Source: Trichosphaerium sp. ATCC 40318
Lineage: Eukaryota; Protista; Tubulinea
Length of the DNA stretch: 64,000 bases
Direction of reading: 5' to 3'
Assembly: GCA_038496445.1 (NCBI GenBank)
Contig: JALMLS010000174.1
Span: forward strand, 2,362-66,361
Positions 36,955 through 51,000 of the stretch are shown here, piece after piece. A model generated the notes under the pieces. The model was not told the DNA's origin. It ran no database searches and saw nothing but the letters and a program-made list of their open reading frames with translations. Position numbers and translations under genes: made by a program. Position 1 is the stretch's first letter. The number at the start of each line of letters is the position of its first letter.

Positions 36955-38822
36955 ATGCTAGGTATACTGAACCGATTCTTTTATCTTTACTTATTTACAT
37001 GTCTGGATAGCGCGTACTGCTCGATGTGCCTATTATCATGCACGTACGCATCTATTTGTTAGCTCATCGCATTACTAACGATAAGGCAGCACAACACTCA
37101 CATATGTGTGCGTAAACCTCGCCAACGGCACTATTTTATCGTTCTAGAACTGTAAAAAATACCTAACAGCGTTTTACAGCCATCAGGCGCGTATACCAGC
37201 ACAAACAACAAATAGCACACTTTGTACATGCCCCAAGCCCAAAAGTAAAAGCGTTGGAATTTGTAGCAACTCCTGACAACTATGTCGCTTCCAAATTCAA
37301 CAAAGTAGGCACGTACAACGTGTTACCCGTGTTTTTTTAACGTGTCATTTAAACAGAGCTGACAAAGGCGGAACTTGCAAAGGTAAACACAACATTCCCG
37401 GCTAAACTCACCCTGCTTGCTGACAAACTACTTGTTATAGCGCACTAATCTAGACTTACGCGACCTACGCCGTGTATCTGAGGCACGTGATGCATGTTTT
37501 TTGTCAATGAAAAGGACTTATCATTTTGACACGTTGTGAATAACCCACGGCTTTTTAGACTCCCACAACTCGTAAACAGATTGCCACTGTAGTGGTCCGA
37601 CCAGGAAATATTATCATTAATGTAGAAGGACTAGCAGCTGTGATTCAGGCCGACAAGCTGTGGTTAGCTCCAGTAGAAGACACTCCGTAAGTGCAAAGTA
37701 ATAGTAAGATCACAATATATTGAGGTGACATTATTTCAGGTTTATGAACCGGTTAATGAACAGACTGCCATTGAGGTACCATATTAAACCACAACATCAA
37801 TAGCACGTACACTTGTAAACTAAAAACAACGTACATTGCAATAGGACTCGCAAATCAGTGACACATAATTTGTTCGAATTCAGAGCGATGGAAGCGTTTT
37901 TGATAGAACTTATCGACGAGTACTTCAAGTATTTTGCTCGATTGGAACCCAAAGTATTGGATTTATTGAATCACATGGTGCTCAAAGAGACAGTTGCAGA
38001 ACAACACTTGGAACTCATGAAATACAAACAAAGGTACAATCTCAAACACTTCAAGTCGTAACCTCATTGCCTTGGAACTAGCTTGTACATTTTCGAAGCT
38101 GATGTGCTCGAAATCAAAACCGCCATTGGCGAACTTTTATCGAATGACGAAGATATGGCATCCATGTACCTCACAGCACAAGCGAAGGGGTAAACTGATT
38201 TTTATTTAAAATGTTTCGAGACTTGAGTTTGACACACGCATCAACAGGATTGTACAGCCTGTAGAGGATCACCAAGAAGTCGAAATTTTACTTGAAGGCT
38301 TCTTTACCCAGTTGACAGTGCGTCGTTAAACACCTACGTTCAAAAAGTCATAACAGGTCATTTACAGGAAATTGATAATCGTATCAACGAGGTCAGACGC
38401 CGTATAGACACTGTAAATAGCTATCTACAAATCCATTATGATCAACAACGTAATGCGCTTATCCAAGTAAGTGTTGTCATTTCATTGGCTAGTATGGCGA
38501 TTGGATCAGCGGCCCTTGGCGCCAGTATCTTTGGCATGAATCTTGCATCAGGAATTGAAGAACATCCAACAGCATTTTATTGTATGATGAACCTATTTTG
38601 TCGTAGCTACTCAATTTCTAAACACTATGTTTAGGGGCTTTGGTAGGATTGTCGATGCAATCAGCGACGCTCTTTGGTGCTCCGTATTTTTACTACAAAA
38701 AGATAACACAGCGTGTCCCAATGCCTTTCAAGCACTTTGAGGACCTCAACCTTATTAGAAAATCGCTATCTAACCACGAACACACCCTGGATCTGCGAAA
38801 GAAGCCGAAAAAGGATGAGTAA
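36955..38822 (+). CDS. MRS2: MRS2/CorA-family Mg2+ channel
   Basis: RDLR, FEFRAME, LLSNDEDMASMYLT, EVEILLE, QRNAL and the FGMNL (GMN) motif. Confidence 0.92.
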
Positions 38823-39284
38823 AAAAAAGTTTTCCAGTTTTTTTTGTTGCTCGTGTTACAAGATTGCTAATGATGTTTGAAACATTTAAAAATCTCTTAA
38901 ACGTGTTTTGTGCTCAGGTTCTAATCTTACGAAAGAGGCTGTTGAGTCAATGGTATCAAGTATAGTGAGTGTATCTCCAAGATGTATTCTCATAGCTCCT
39001 AAAAGTATAGCCTCAAAGTACTTACATCTTATTCTCGGTCACATCAACACGGGCAGGCACAGTTTATATAAGGTAATTATGTCTTTTTTGCCCTTGTTTG
39101 CATGTTTATAACATAAAGCTTTGAGTTGACCCGCCATTGCATTCACTACAATGGACTGTATATTAAGAAGTGGTATTTGAATCATTCAGTATTGTACATA
39201 GTTTTTATTTTAAACGGTGTGGGTAAGGATGTGTAGTGGTGAAGAGTGAGAACCACATGAATATCACGTGAATCGTGTAAATAA

Positions 39285-42200
39285 TCACGTTTTCTTCTGG
39301 GTCCTAACCCACGACTCTCTAGCATTAACAGGTGAGTAATCACTTATTTTACAAAGGAAAGGCATACCGTAGCTGCAATAAGGGAGCATTTTTATATTGT
39401 TCAAACGTGAGGTATCCTCTCTGTTCCTACATACATTCTTAACTACTGGATATGAAAAAGTGATAAGCACGTACTGAATCTGCTTTTTTAAAAGCATATG
39501 TTACAACATCCGGCATGAAACAATCATTGTCCTTGTTCCCCGTTGTTATCGCCAAGCAAGCATTCACTGCAGATCCAAAATGCTCCTCCATGAGCTTGCC
39601 ATCGTCATTCATATCATACAAATCAAATGTGACTTGAGACAATGTTAGGGGTCACCATGTCACTAATGCTAGACGTACGTTTAAGCGCATCTTCTACTGT
39701 TGGATTTAAGACACGATCCACTCCTTTTGCATATTCATTAAAGCTCAACGAATTTTCATCTGTCGGTAGCATGATCTATTGTTGTATGTTTAGCTTTTAA
39801 TCAAACGCAGTGTGGGTGCACCTTGTACATTCTATCGAGCTCCATCTCATGTCGCCACCATGGCACGTGTTGTGTAAATATAGTTACGAACTGCTCAAAC
39901 TCAATGTGCATTTGAACGGAATCTACAGGAACAATAGCTTCAAAATCTCTGTGAAACTTATCTACTTGTTTCCTGTTGACTACAAAAACTGTAAGCAATT
40001 CTTGTTTTGGGATTGTTTTGAGCTTACATTTAGTATTTCTTGCCAGCCGAGAATTTAGAGTCAATTTGATTTGATCTTCTTTGGCTTTTATTGCCTTGAA
40101 CTTGTGAAAGTTTCTGAGCTCGTTTAGTTTATCATCTGTTAATTTAAACTCATTGAACGCCGTCTAGTGCGAACCATTAGCTCACTTTGTTTACTTTCTT
40201 TGCGTAAGTGTTAGTCACGTACCTCTAGAAGGAGTGCGCTATCAGTTGTGTTTTCCTTTATAAAGTTCATAGCTTCAACACTATCCTTGATAGTCATAAG
40301 GCGATCTCCTAACAGCTTGAATATGGCCAAGCCGACTTGGAACAATACGTTGGGGCCCTCATAAAAGAATATGTCTCGTATACTACAACAACAAATCAGA
40401 AACATCAAAAACACATGTGGATTCATTCATTTAATAAAACTTTGTGAGGGCGTACCGCAGTGATGCCTCCCATGGCACTTGATTGATGTATTGGCAAAGG
40501 AACCATGGTAAAGCTATTAATTGAACTTGTGCATTGATCTTTATTAGATGGTTATGGACTTGTGGCAAATGCTCTTGAAAGAGACCATCAAATATTGAGA
40601 GATCAACAACAGATCCCGTTAATTCACGGTCATAGTAATCAGGTACACTTTCACATAATGAACACAGTGCATAAAACGCTTCCTCTTCAGATAAAAACAG
40701 TAGGAGATGCGCACAGACGATGTTCTACAACAAAATTGAGCAAGGTATTTTTAATGAATGTTTTCTTAGTTTTTTCTTGAAACAGACTGGTGCGTACCAT
40801 AGCTTGGCAATAGCCGATAGACGGATTGTAGCACGCATAGGCCGTCAATACCCGTCTCAATTTTACAATACCCACGGCACCACGTGCAAAGAATGGGTGT
40901 CCAGGAAGAGATCTGTGCACGTCCTAGACTTTATTTTAACACACGTGTCATTGAACCCAATAAATCGAAATGCTCACCTTTTCAATCTCATCAATAGCTT
41001 CCTTGTTGGATTTACTTTCACAAAGGGATTTATAAAAATTCCTGTCTGCTTTGGCCAAGGTGTACGCAGCGCCGCTTGTTAGCATCCACATGTAACCTCG
41101 CATCGAGTTTGGAATACCACCACGCACAATCTCCCTGAGGCCAGGCGTAAAAAGAATTGATAGCCCCATACCATGTTTTGTCAGATACGCCCAGAGAGCT
41201 TCTTCTTGAAGCTTTTCTTGTACGCAATATGTTGATGAAAATTTTGTTGCATCAGCTAGCAACTCCTTAGTGATGTTATGGCCTAACCTAATACTGTGTA
41301 AACACATAACATGCAATGTTATTTAGCAAAAGTGGTGAGAGCATGAATACCGTTCTGGGTTTAAGAAACTCTTGAGAGACGATAACGTAGCATTTGCTGT
41401 ACGTATTTGCTTCCACAATTTGACCATATCAGTTCGTACTTTATCCCTATTAACCAGACAAAACTTTACATAAGAAGGTTAATAAAAAGGGTACCCCAGT
41501 AATTGCTAGAAACGTACATGAAAAGCGTGAGTATGAATTCGGGTATTAATTACAATAATGTCTGGTAATACACCAAGACGCTCATATTCCCTACAAACCG
41601 CTGTCAGTAACCATGTTGTGATAATACCAAAGCAGAAAAGGGTTGATACCTATATTCCTCATTCTCTCTGTTTTTCCCTCGTTGTATGCTCTTGATGTCT
41701 CTGAAAGGAATCACGAGCTTTCCATAATTTGTTAGTTCGATCAAAGGGTTTGTAATATCGACGCACTCTCGTTTCAGGCAGTACACCTTTCGGGTAAGGC
41801 GTTTGAATCCAACAAACAAAGTTTGTGGAAATATACAGTTTGCCATGCTTGTTATCGACATCAACATCCTTCAACTTGCAACTATACACTTTGTACTCAA
41901 TGTCAGTCACTTTCTTGTTGTACAAAGAACAACGTGCCATGGTTACACACTTCTGACTCTGGCAACAAGAAGAGCGCACAGAAATGCTCGTTTGACTTGA
42001 TACGCCTGAGTGACTCACGTGATGGACTAGGCATGGCATCACGGCTGACTGGCGGACTGTCATTTCCAGCAATGGTTGATGCTGTGCTAGAAGGAAACGC
42101 ATTGCGCTTCTGCAATTTAGACATGGTTTGATGCCACATGGTCTCCATCACATCATACATTTCGTCACGCTCGAATAAAACAGCAAAGATGTACTACCAA

Positions 42201-43198
42201 CAAACAAATGAGCAATTTGTAAGGCAGCCACACTGAAAGCCAAGCCTAACCTCTTCGCCATTGCATAACACACGCAAAAGCGTATTTGCAATACCTCTAT
42301 AATCAAGTTTCTCCAATTGCTCGACGTTATTGAACTCGATAATGATTTCTTCTCCAAGCATCACTGACGAGAAGCCTACAATTCCTTTAATTAATCACGT
42401 GCACTCTACTTTTTTTCTTAAGGGCGTACACATATAATTAGAGGATACGTATGATGTACCCTTACGTGGTATAGCCCTCCACAGAGAGCATGGCCAGGAT
42501 GCAACGAGTTTTTCGCCGGGTAATTTGAATTTATAAGCAAACACATTGCTCTCTGCCACTAATTGTCGTCTTTGACGTGTTATCGAATCTGACAGCGCCT
42601 TTCGTATGGCAGCGTCGTCACTGTTAGTCTTGGCCAAGACCTAGTGGAGTCAGCGCAAGAAAACTACGATTGGGCCACGGAATTGCGACTAGACGCTCTC
42701 AAAGACGTACTCTAGGCAAAACATATTCAAGAAGCCAATGCCAGATAGCATTGCTATCATCTCGGCTGTCATTTAGCGCTATTATAAGTGGTGCCCCTCC
42801 GCTGAAGAGGTGTCAGAGCGAGCAATTTTACTACACGCACGCTGTAATGACAATACGGAAGGGTTGTGCGGCCAATAGCTCAATTTTGTATTTTTGTTGG
42901 CTGAGATACGGTGTTCGCTTTAACTCGGTCCTTGGTTGTTGTTAGCACCCGTCTTTGCATCGCTTTAGTAAAAAGTTGCCAAAATGTTCAATACGTTCCC
43001 GGATGGGAATGTTAGCACTTATACACGCGATGGAGTTGTCAAACGTCACACTGCGCGAAATATAGAATTGTAACTAATTTTTTAACGGTCTAAGTACCAC
43101 ATTGGTGCCCAAGATGACGTTTCCCTTGGCTCAACAATACCTACAGGCGCGGACGGGCCAATAGGTACATCTATGGGTTCAGGATGATTGACCGCCAT
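39285..43198 (-). CDS. GRAM-GRAM-TBC-EF-hand Rab GAP (TBC1D8/9-like)
   Basis: GRAM segments ([12 protein letters not shown]). TBC motifs [36 protein letters not shown] and FFYEG..LFQVGLA. EF-hand-like [10 protein letters not shown]. Confidence 0.88.
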
Positions 43199-43418
43199 TT
43201 ATGAGCTAATGCACGCGCACTGCGTAGTTATTGCTAGTTGACCCTCAAAGTTAATGCCAAAAAAAAAAAATTCAAAAAAACTTAACCAAATATTTGCTAA
43301 ACCGATTTTGGTGGAATACGAAGCACACCCAGGGCAACTTCAAAATATTAATGTAACAAGTAGACGGTTCGAAAAAGACTACAAAAAGTTATTTACATGG
43401 TAATGACATACAGCTGTA

Positions 43419-44234
43419 TCATTGAATAACAGCTTGCCGCTTTGCTGATGTGGCAGTTGCGGGCTGAGATATTTTTTTAGCTTCACGCTGTTCAACCAGT
43501 TCTGGCAACAATTCCTTTATTTCCAAGCTGTTCACACGAACAAAAGTAAGCAAACAATTGCGAGATTAGAAATAAAAAAAAACCAGCGCGTATGCTGGAC
43601 GTTAACGTACTTGAATTCATCTGCAACCTGGGAAATTAATTCGTCTACTTGGTCTGTGCCTGCAGTGTCAACCTTGGCCATTGAGTCGCCCATTGTCGTC
43701 TCAAGAACCTCGAAATCCTCGACACTCTCTTCAAACTTCTCCATAACCTGTTGTACTTTGAGTAGATCCATGTCTTTCATTGCTTTTTCTAGTCCAACAG
43801 TCACATTTGTTAGAAGACGCGCTGACATTTTGGCTGTTGCCACTGATTCAACGCGCGACTTTACACTAACACACAATAAGTTAACGTTGCTTTTTCAACT
43901 GTTATCAGTACAAACCGTACCTGTCTATGCGACTGGAGAGTTTTAAGAGGTTTATTGACTCGTTGTGCTTTCTAATTGCATCAGAGGCATAAATTCTGGC
44001 CATTTCGGCTTGATTGTATTAGTATCAAGTTTGTACGGCGTTTTAACGTACTGTTAGATTTTTTGATGTACTCCAACACCTTTTTTTTCTTTTTCTTTGA
44101 TTCTCGCTCAGCTCGTTTAGATTGGCGTTCTATAATTGTAATTATGCATATTATTTTAAAATAGCCAACGTACCCAAAGAACGAGCTGTAAATTTAAGCT
44201 GGAAAATAAGGTTGAACGTGTTTTTATCGTACAT
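43419..44234 (-). CDS. CHMP1: ESCRT-III subunit CHMP1/Did2
   Basis: [41 protein letters not shown] and [12 protein letters not shown]. Confidence 0.88.
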
Positions 44235-44731
44235 GATGCGTTAATGTTGGCGGTGTAACTGTAACGCTAATTTTTGGGAATTTCGAAAAAAAAAAAAAAC
44301 AAAGGCTAGTCAATACGCCTAGCCAATAAAGTAGCTTTCACGTAATTCAAGCTGGAGAGGAGACCAAAGAGGGTGGGTATTATCCCCACATTGTATGTGG
44401 CTGCCCGGCGTTTTGTTTAATTGGGCAACGGCAATATCTCTTGTTTTTATTGCAATAAGAAGCCCTTCATCAAAGACGTAATATAGTACACTCAAGATCT
44501 AGTGGCCTCATAAATTATTTAGGGGTTTCGCTATACACACCAAAACAATTGCTCCATTATTGTCATTGGCGATATTCTTGCAAATAATAGCGATCGTTGA
44601 CGTGCATCCTGTGTTTTACGCAATCGCACCTCTATTGAGTTTCTGGTTCACAGCACTCCCTTCATTGTACGATGGCTCTACCCTTATTGCCCTTCCCCTT
44701 ACTTTCTGAGTAGACCACGTTCTTTTCCAAA

Positions 44732-47700
44732 ATGGTTATTGCGGGTACGAATATAGTACTAACTCCGTTCACTCCTTATATTGCCCAGAAACACTACAAA
44801 ACAGCCTCTACAACATCTTCAAAAACTAAAGGAAACCAAACACATTCAAAAATATACGACAATCGTGTCACACTCATAAACTATGAGGCATACAGACAGT
44901 TGTGTTTCGGGGTAGATGATTTGAAAATATTCGACTTATTGGGTATTCCAGTGTGGGTAATGGACACAGAAAATTGGTGCTACATTTGGTACTACAATCT
45001 AGTGCACCTCGACGTAGTTTGATTGACCTCCTGAAATAGGGGCAACACAACAGCTCTGCGCCTTTGGAAAGTCACCAACATGCGCAGCGTTGATATATCA
45101 GAAGCATCCGAGCAATTCCGAAAGATACCACGAGGTCTTCTCGCTAAGGTAAAAAACAATTTATACCTTTCACAACGCACAACTCGTAAAAAGTTTTTCG
45201 CCCTTTTGTTGTTTTTTTTCCAAATTTCTGACTTTGCAACGAAATGCTGTATTGCGATCATTTCTTTCACAACAGTTTTGGTACGCAATAGTTAAACCGT
45301 TTAGTGGATTAAAGGCGAAAAAGCGGATTTTACATTTCGTCTGAGGACCTTGTATCCTGGAGGGGTTGCCACTACCTTGTACATGACTTCCGGACCAATG
45401 CAGATGCGGCTCAAAGGTGAAAAGGAGAGCAGGACAGTGTTACTGGCTCATGGCGCAATTATGGGTAATATCAGCATTCAACTTTGTATTACCCTTTTCT
45501 ATTGCTCACTGTTGCATATAGGTGACGCCTATTCTACAGAGAGGCGTGCTATAGAGGCATTGCGGTATATTAGCGACAAGATGGCGTTGTACACGCCAGA
45601 TGGTCAAACAGTGTTGATGCAAAATAACGCTTGTAACACACTCTCCGACGTTAAAGACGGCCAATTGGACATATTGAGACACTTTGGTGGTCGTATAAAT
45701 GTGGTTGAAAGCTTAATAACATCATTCAAACAGGTGCGCTATTTTTTGAGTTGTTCTATTTCTGGGATGAGAAAACGTCCTAAAATGGAGTAATAGGCCA
45801 AACTTGGAACAACCAAAACTTTTAAATTCGAGAACAGCAAAAACTGTTGGAGAAAAGTTAAAGTAACATACATTCGCGATCCAGTCAACTCAAAAAAGGC
45901 AATTCTCGTACAAGAGGAGGACATATCCGAGTTGGAAATGGAAAAACAACGTCTAATAAAAACTGAAGAGACGTACAGTTCCAAGACGCGGATGTTCGCT
46001 TGCATGTCACATGAAGTCAGGACGCCACTGCACGCCATACAAAGTGCCTTATCTGTACTTGACACCAACGATTTTAACACGGAACAACGCAGTTCTTTGG
46101 TACGATGGCAATGACATGACCTTGATTGGTTCATTAAAAAAAACCTCACAGCAACTTGTACTGATTCTGCCTTTAGGAATCTATTCAACGGTGTTCAAAA
46201 TTGTTACTACATATTATTCAAGATGTACTGGACGTGAGTGCAATTGAAACAGGCGGGTTTTCAACAACTATGATGCCTTTTAATGTGGTAGACATGGTAA
46301 GCTTATAATTGCCGATCACGTGTTTTGTTTTATACTTATACTTGGTGTCTAAAATAGGTCAAAGACTCAGTCAACATTACGGCTAACAGGATAGGTTCCA
46401 AGCCGTTAGAGCTCAGCGCTTACTTCCATCCTGGTCTTGAGTCCAACCCATTCGCAAAAGGAGATGCCAACAGACTGCTTCAAGTGATTACTAACTTACT
46501 GAACAACGCCATAAAGTTTACAAATCAAGGTCATATCCTGGTCACAGCAAAGTTACATCATGGCACGAAACAAAGTAAACTAGTCATAAGCGTACAAGAT
46601 ACCGGCTCTGGTATTTCTCAAGTAAACGTTGAGCGTTTATTCGTGCCGTTTTGGCAAGACGAAGCGACAGCACGGAAAAAAAGAGATGGCGCAGGTACGT
46701 TACTTTAACAAAGAAAATTCTTCTGACTATCCATATCACCTTCTTCACTAACACTTGTGGCCATGTAGGACTAGGATTGTATATATGTAAAAAGATAATA
46801 GATAATATAAACGGCGATATCAGTGTCACCAGCGAAATTGGTAAAGGAACTACTTTCGTGGTGTCAGTAATGCTCGATACACTCCCGAACGCAGAAAGGT
46901 ACGTACATCGGTTCGTTGTACCATATCAATAATACCACTACTAGACTTGTTCATACAGTGAGCAACGCCAGCACGTGGTTCCGTAAAAAACACGTGATGC
47001 TAGCTTCTAAAGGTAGTGTGCTCCAGTTGACCTGTGGCAAATACGTTGAGGCATGGGGGAGTAACACAACGAATGTAATCGATTTTGAGGCGCTAAAAAC
47101 CGCTCTAAAGGGTTCTAAAGACGCCATTATATTGATGGATGAGCCCTTCTTAGTTCAAGAAATGAGTGACGCGCATATGAAAGAGCTTAAAGATGTGTCA
47201 CTCCATGCTCTTTGTATTACAAATAATCAACCAGCAGTGCTAGAAGCAATGCAAAAAACACTAAACGAGCCTCACCACATGATTCACTTTCGTACTTGGC
47301 CTATGACAAGGCTATCGCTGTACAGAATTTTTACACAAGCAGTGCCAAAAGCATCGACAGAGCCTGTAAATCAAGCGCCATCAAAGTACAAAACTATAAG
47401 AGATTTACGGATTTTGGTAGTGGATGACGACGCTCTTGTCCGCATGACTACTCTGCGTGCCCTAAAAAAGTGTGGTTGCACGCATGTTGATGAAGCACGA
47501 AGTGGAAAGGAAGCATATAATACATACTTGCAAGCGAAATCGGCGCACCATGTGATTTTAACAGATTGCTACATGGAGGATGGAACCGGTTTTTGGCTTG
47601 CAAAACAGATCAGGCAACATTGTGGTTCTCTAACACAACCTGTAATCATAGCTGCGAGTGGCATGAGCCCAGACACTGCAAAGAAGAGTGATGGATTCAA

Positions 47701-47773
47701 TGATGCGTTGAGGAAACCTTTCACTTTTGAAAAACTGTTTGAAGTAATTGAACGAAATTCTCGAGTTACATAA
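44732..47773 (+). CDS. Hybrid sensor histidine kinase (PAS-like sensor, HisKA, HATPase, pseudo-receiver, receiver)
   Basis: H-box [10 protein letters not shown]-box [11 protein letters not shown]1 DTGSGI, G2 GLGLYIC. Receiver ILVVDDD..LTDCYM..KPF. Start codon uncertain (44672 or 44732). Confidence 0.9.
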
Positions 47774-48012
47774 TCGCCTGCGAGAGTTAAAAAAAAACCG
47801 AAATAAAACTGTACTTGTATCCATCAGTTATCACTATGTGACGCGCACTATAGGGCTGTGAACGTTGAAAAACGCATTCATAGCCTTACCGGCAATCATT
47901 GTGGATTTGGACTGACGCCAAATTGTTTGTGACCGTTTTGGTTTATCCCGCCAAAATCCTTCGGTGGAAAATTGTGAATTTAAATTACATTACATTGCCC
48001 ATTGTGTCATCC

Positions 48013-51000
48013 ATGGATGCGCTCTTGGTAGTACGGACTATCGAAGAAAGGCCCAGCGTAGAGAGCTACGAAGATTTGATAGCTGTTCTACGACAAGACG
48101 CTATAGACCGAAAGACCCGTACACAGACTACATTATCTACAACGCTTCAACAAGCGGTTGGTCGCATAGCCAAAGCAATTATACGCGATTTAAAATCCAA
48201 AAAAAAAGATACAGAAGAATTAAGGTTCGTAGTACACTCACAGCTTGTGACTGCATCTGTGTAAAAAGCCGTTGATTTTTTGAATTTATGTGACTCTACA
48301 AATACGTCACAACGCCACCAAAGCCATATTTACATTACAAACTCGCGTCAATTCTCTTAGTAATACGTTTTAGATTACAAAATGTCTTACTTTCTCTTGG
48401 CTACCTATTAAACGCATCAGCACTTGCCTCAGGCATACCAGGTACGCCCCAAAAAACTCGTGGTAACCGCTAAATATTTTTTGTTTAAAAAGCCAACCAG
48501 AAAAAGGATCTACTGCTTGCAATATGCGAAGTGGCCTCACGACCCGAGTTACGCAAGGTACAGTAACGTGTATTGACAAGAGGGAAAAACTGAGAAAGAA
48601 AACAGCCAATAGCCCCTTAACCCATCAGGAATCATATTTATTGGTTGTAGGGAAGCGTCAATTATTGTATATGGTGCATCTCAGTGCAGAACTTTCCAGG
48701 CAGTACCGTTAGTCAATGCGTAAAACAGCTCATCGACATCTTGTTCGAGGTTCTAACCAAGTTCGTTGATTCGGCTACCGTACAACGGGAAGCTTTTTCG
48801 GTGCGTCACACGGTTTTTTTTTTATATCTAGATTTATTTGAGTTTGAATGTTTCTTTTCGTTTTGGTGATGGTTTGTGTCGTAGGCTCTTCGTAAATTGG
48901 TGACTCAATGTGCAGAGGCGATGAAAGGCATATATGACAAATGGTTACCTCTATTTTGGACCAGACTATATCACGAGGTGAGGTTACGTCATTTGTGGCT
49001 CAATGTTACCTTTTATTTTTTATTATTTTTATATACTGCCATCTGACTGCCAAGTTGTTTATTTACTTTTCTTTACTTTACTCTATTGTGTTCTGACAGC
49101 CAAGTTTTTAGTCTGCAAAAGTTCGTAATGCTGCACTGGAAGGATTGAAATGTGCTATGCCTCTTTTTGAGCCAGTCCCAAAAGAGCTATCCATTCTGTT
49201 GTTTAAAGACATGACATGTGAGGGAGGCATCATAGATGGGCTTCATCGATTCATTGCAGCTGGGCAAGGTAAAAACATTGTAAGTTGGCATTTCCTCGTA
49301 TTTAATGAGTGTGCAGGTGAACATATTGTGGGTACATGGGGACCACTCATTGTCCTTTTGGGAGAATGTATATTTAAAGATAAAATTATAAACAAGCTAT
49401 TAAAGCTGCCAGAGAAGCTATTTATACACCCAGATGCTACTGTTCGCGTTTCTGCTTTTCATGAGTGGCAGTCACTCATTAAAAACTTTTCGTTGGTGCA
49501 TAAAGTCCCAATGGCGGAGCACGTGCGTGGTAGGATGCAAGTACAACTTCTTGTAAAGCCCATTCTGAATAGGTACGCACAAGAGTCAAATTTAGAATGC
49601 ATTTTTCATGACAATGTGTCCATGCTTACTTTTTTGTGTAGTTTTCAAAAGGACAGTTCCACTGTGCTAAAAAATGCGGCGAGAAGATGTTGGAGTTACC
49701 TCGTTTCTAATGTAGGACCACAAGCATTTGAAGTGTGGCCACATCTCGTTGAATCTGTTACAGTGCGTTTTTCTTTTTTTTTTTTTGGATTCATATACCA
49801 TCTTTTGTTTTCAGTTTTTTTTTCGATTCCTAAATCAGCTTTATCGCCTACACTTCTCCTATCTATTAAAAAACCCCACTGCACTCGCTATGTTTTAATT
49901 CTATCTTTGTGAGGTGAAAAGGAGAAACGAATAGACATAATTCTCTTTTTCTTTTTTTGGTTGATCAAAAATGTGAATGGAGTGTCAAAGTACACTCACT
50001 ACATACTAACCGCAATATAGGCGCAATTAATACAAAAATCGGACGTTGACATTCTAGCAAATGTGGTAACGTATTTGGCAAAGTTGATGCAAGTGCAGCG
50101 TGGCGAAGATGCTGCCAACACGTGCGCAACGGTTTTTTTAACACCAGAAAAGAAAAAGAATGTCACCCGCTCTTTCTCACTTTGCTCTTCTGTAGACGCG
50201 AAATCGATGGTAATTGTTTTCCTGTGTATGATTTAACGTTCCCTCCATCTTTTCTACTGAATTCGTGGGGTTGGGTAAAGTCTGTGATTACATTTAGCTT
50301 CACGATACCTGATCAAGGTCCAACTACTTCTATTTTCCAAGCGGCACTCCTCCTCTGGCGCGTCTATCTAAGTCGCATAGAGAACAATCCAGGTTAGCGA
50401 TTATCTCCAAACCCCTTTCATTTCCGCCACACCACGTGCCAGTACTCACATTAAATCTCAGGACCGGATATCGCAAAGCTGAACGAAGTTTTACTGTCCA
50501 TCACATTGTTCACAGAGGACTTTCTTACTTCACAATCAGAGGGCATTCGACGCGGCTCATTCATACTAGATACCCTGGTCGATGCCATGCCAACACAAAT
50601 TGGTGTACGAAAGCCAATGACAGCTCTTAAAGTGAAAGAGGCCTCAGCGTCTTCAGTACTAGCAAAAGGCTTGCCGCCAGCTGGTACGACACCTCATCTA
50701 GTCAAAATGCAATCTTCTTCTTTATTGACGTTCTTGTTTTACCTTGTAGAGTTCTTGATGTATCACTGGATGAAAGCTGCACTCAAAGTGCCTATCATAT
50801 CGACGCCTCAGAAAGGCACATTTTTAAAGACTGTGATGCACGTCTTCAGCGGTCTGTTTTCTCCTTCCGGCAATCCTTCAAACCCATTCCCATTTTCCTA
50901 TCCTGCATCCGTAATGACAACCCTCATGGCCACGTGTATTTCAGTACGTATCAGCACTATCTCTTGGTAGCAGCACGCACAGTATGGGCATGCATGGCTG

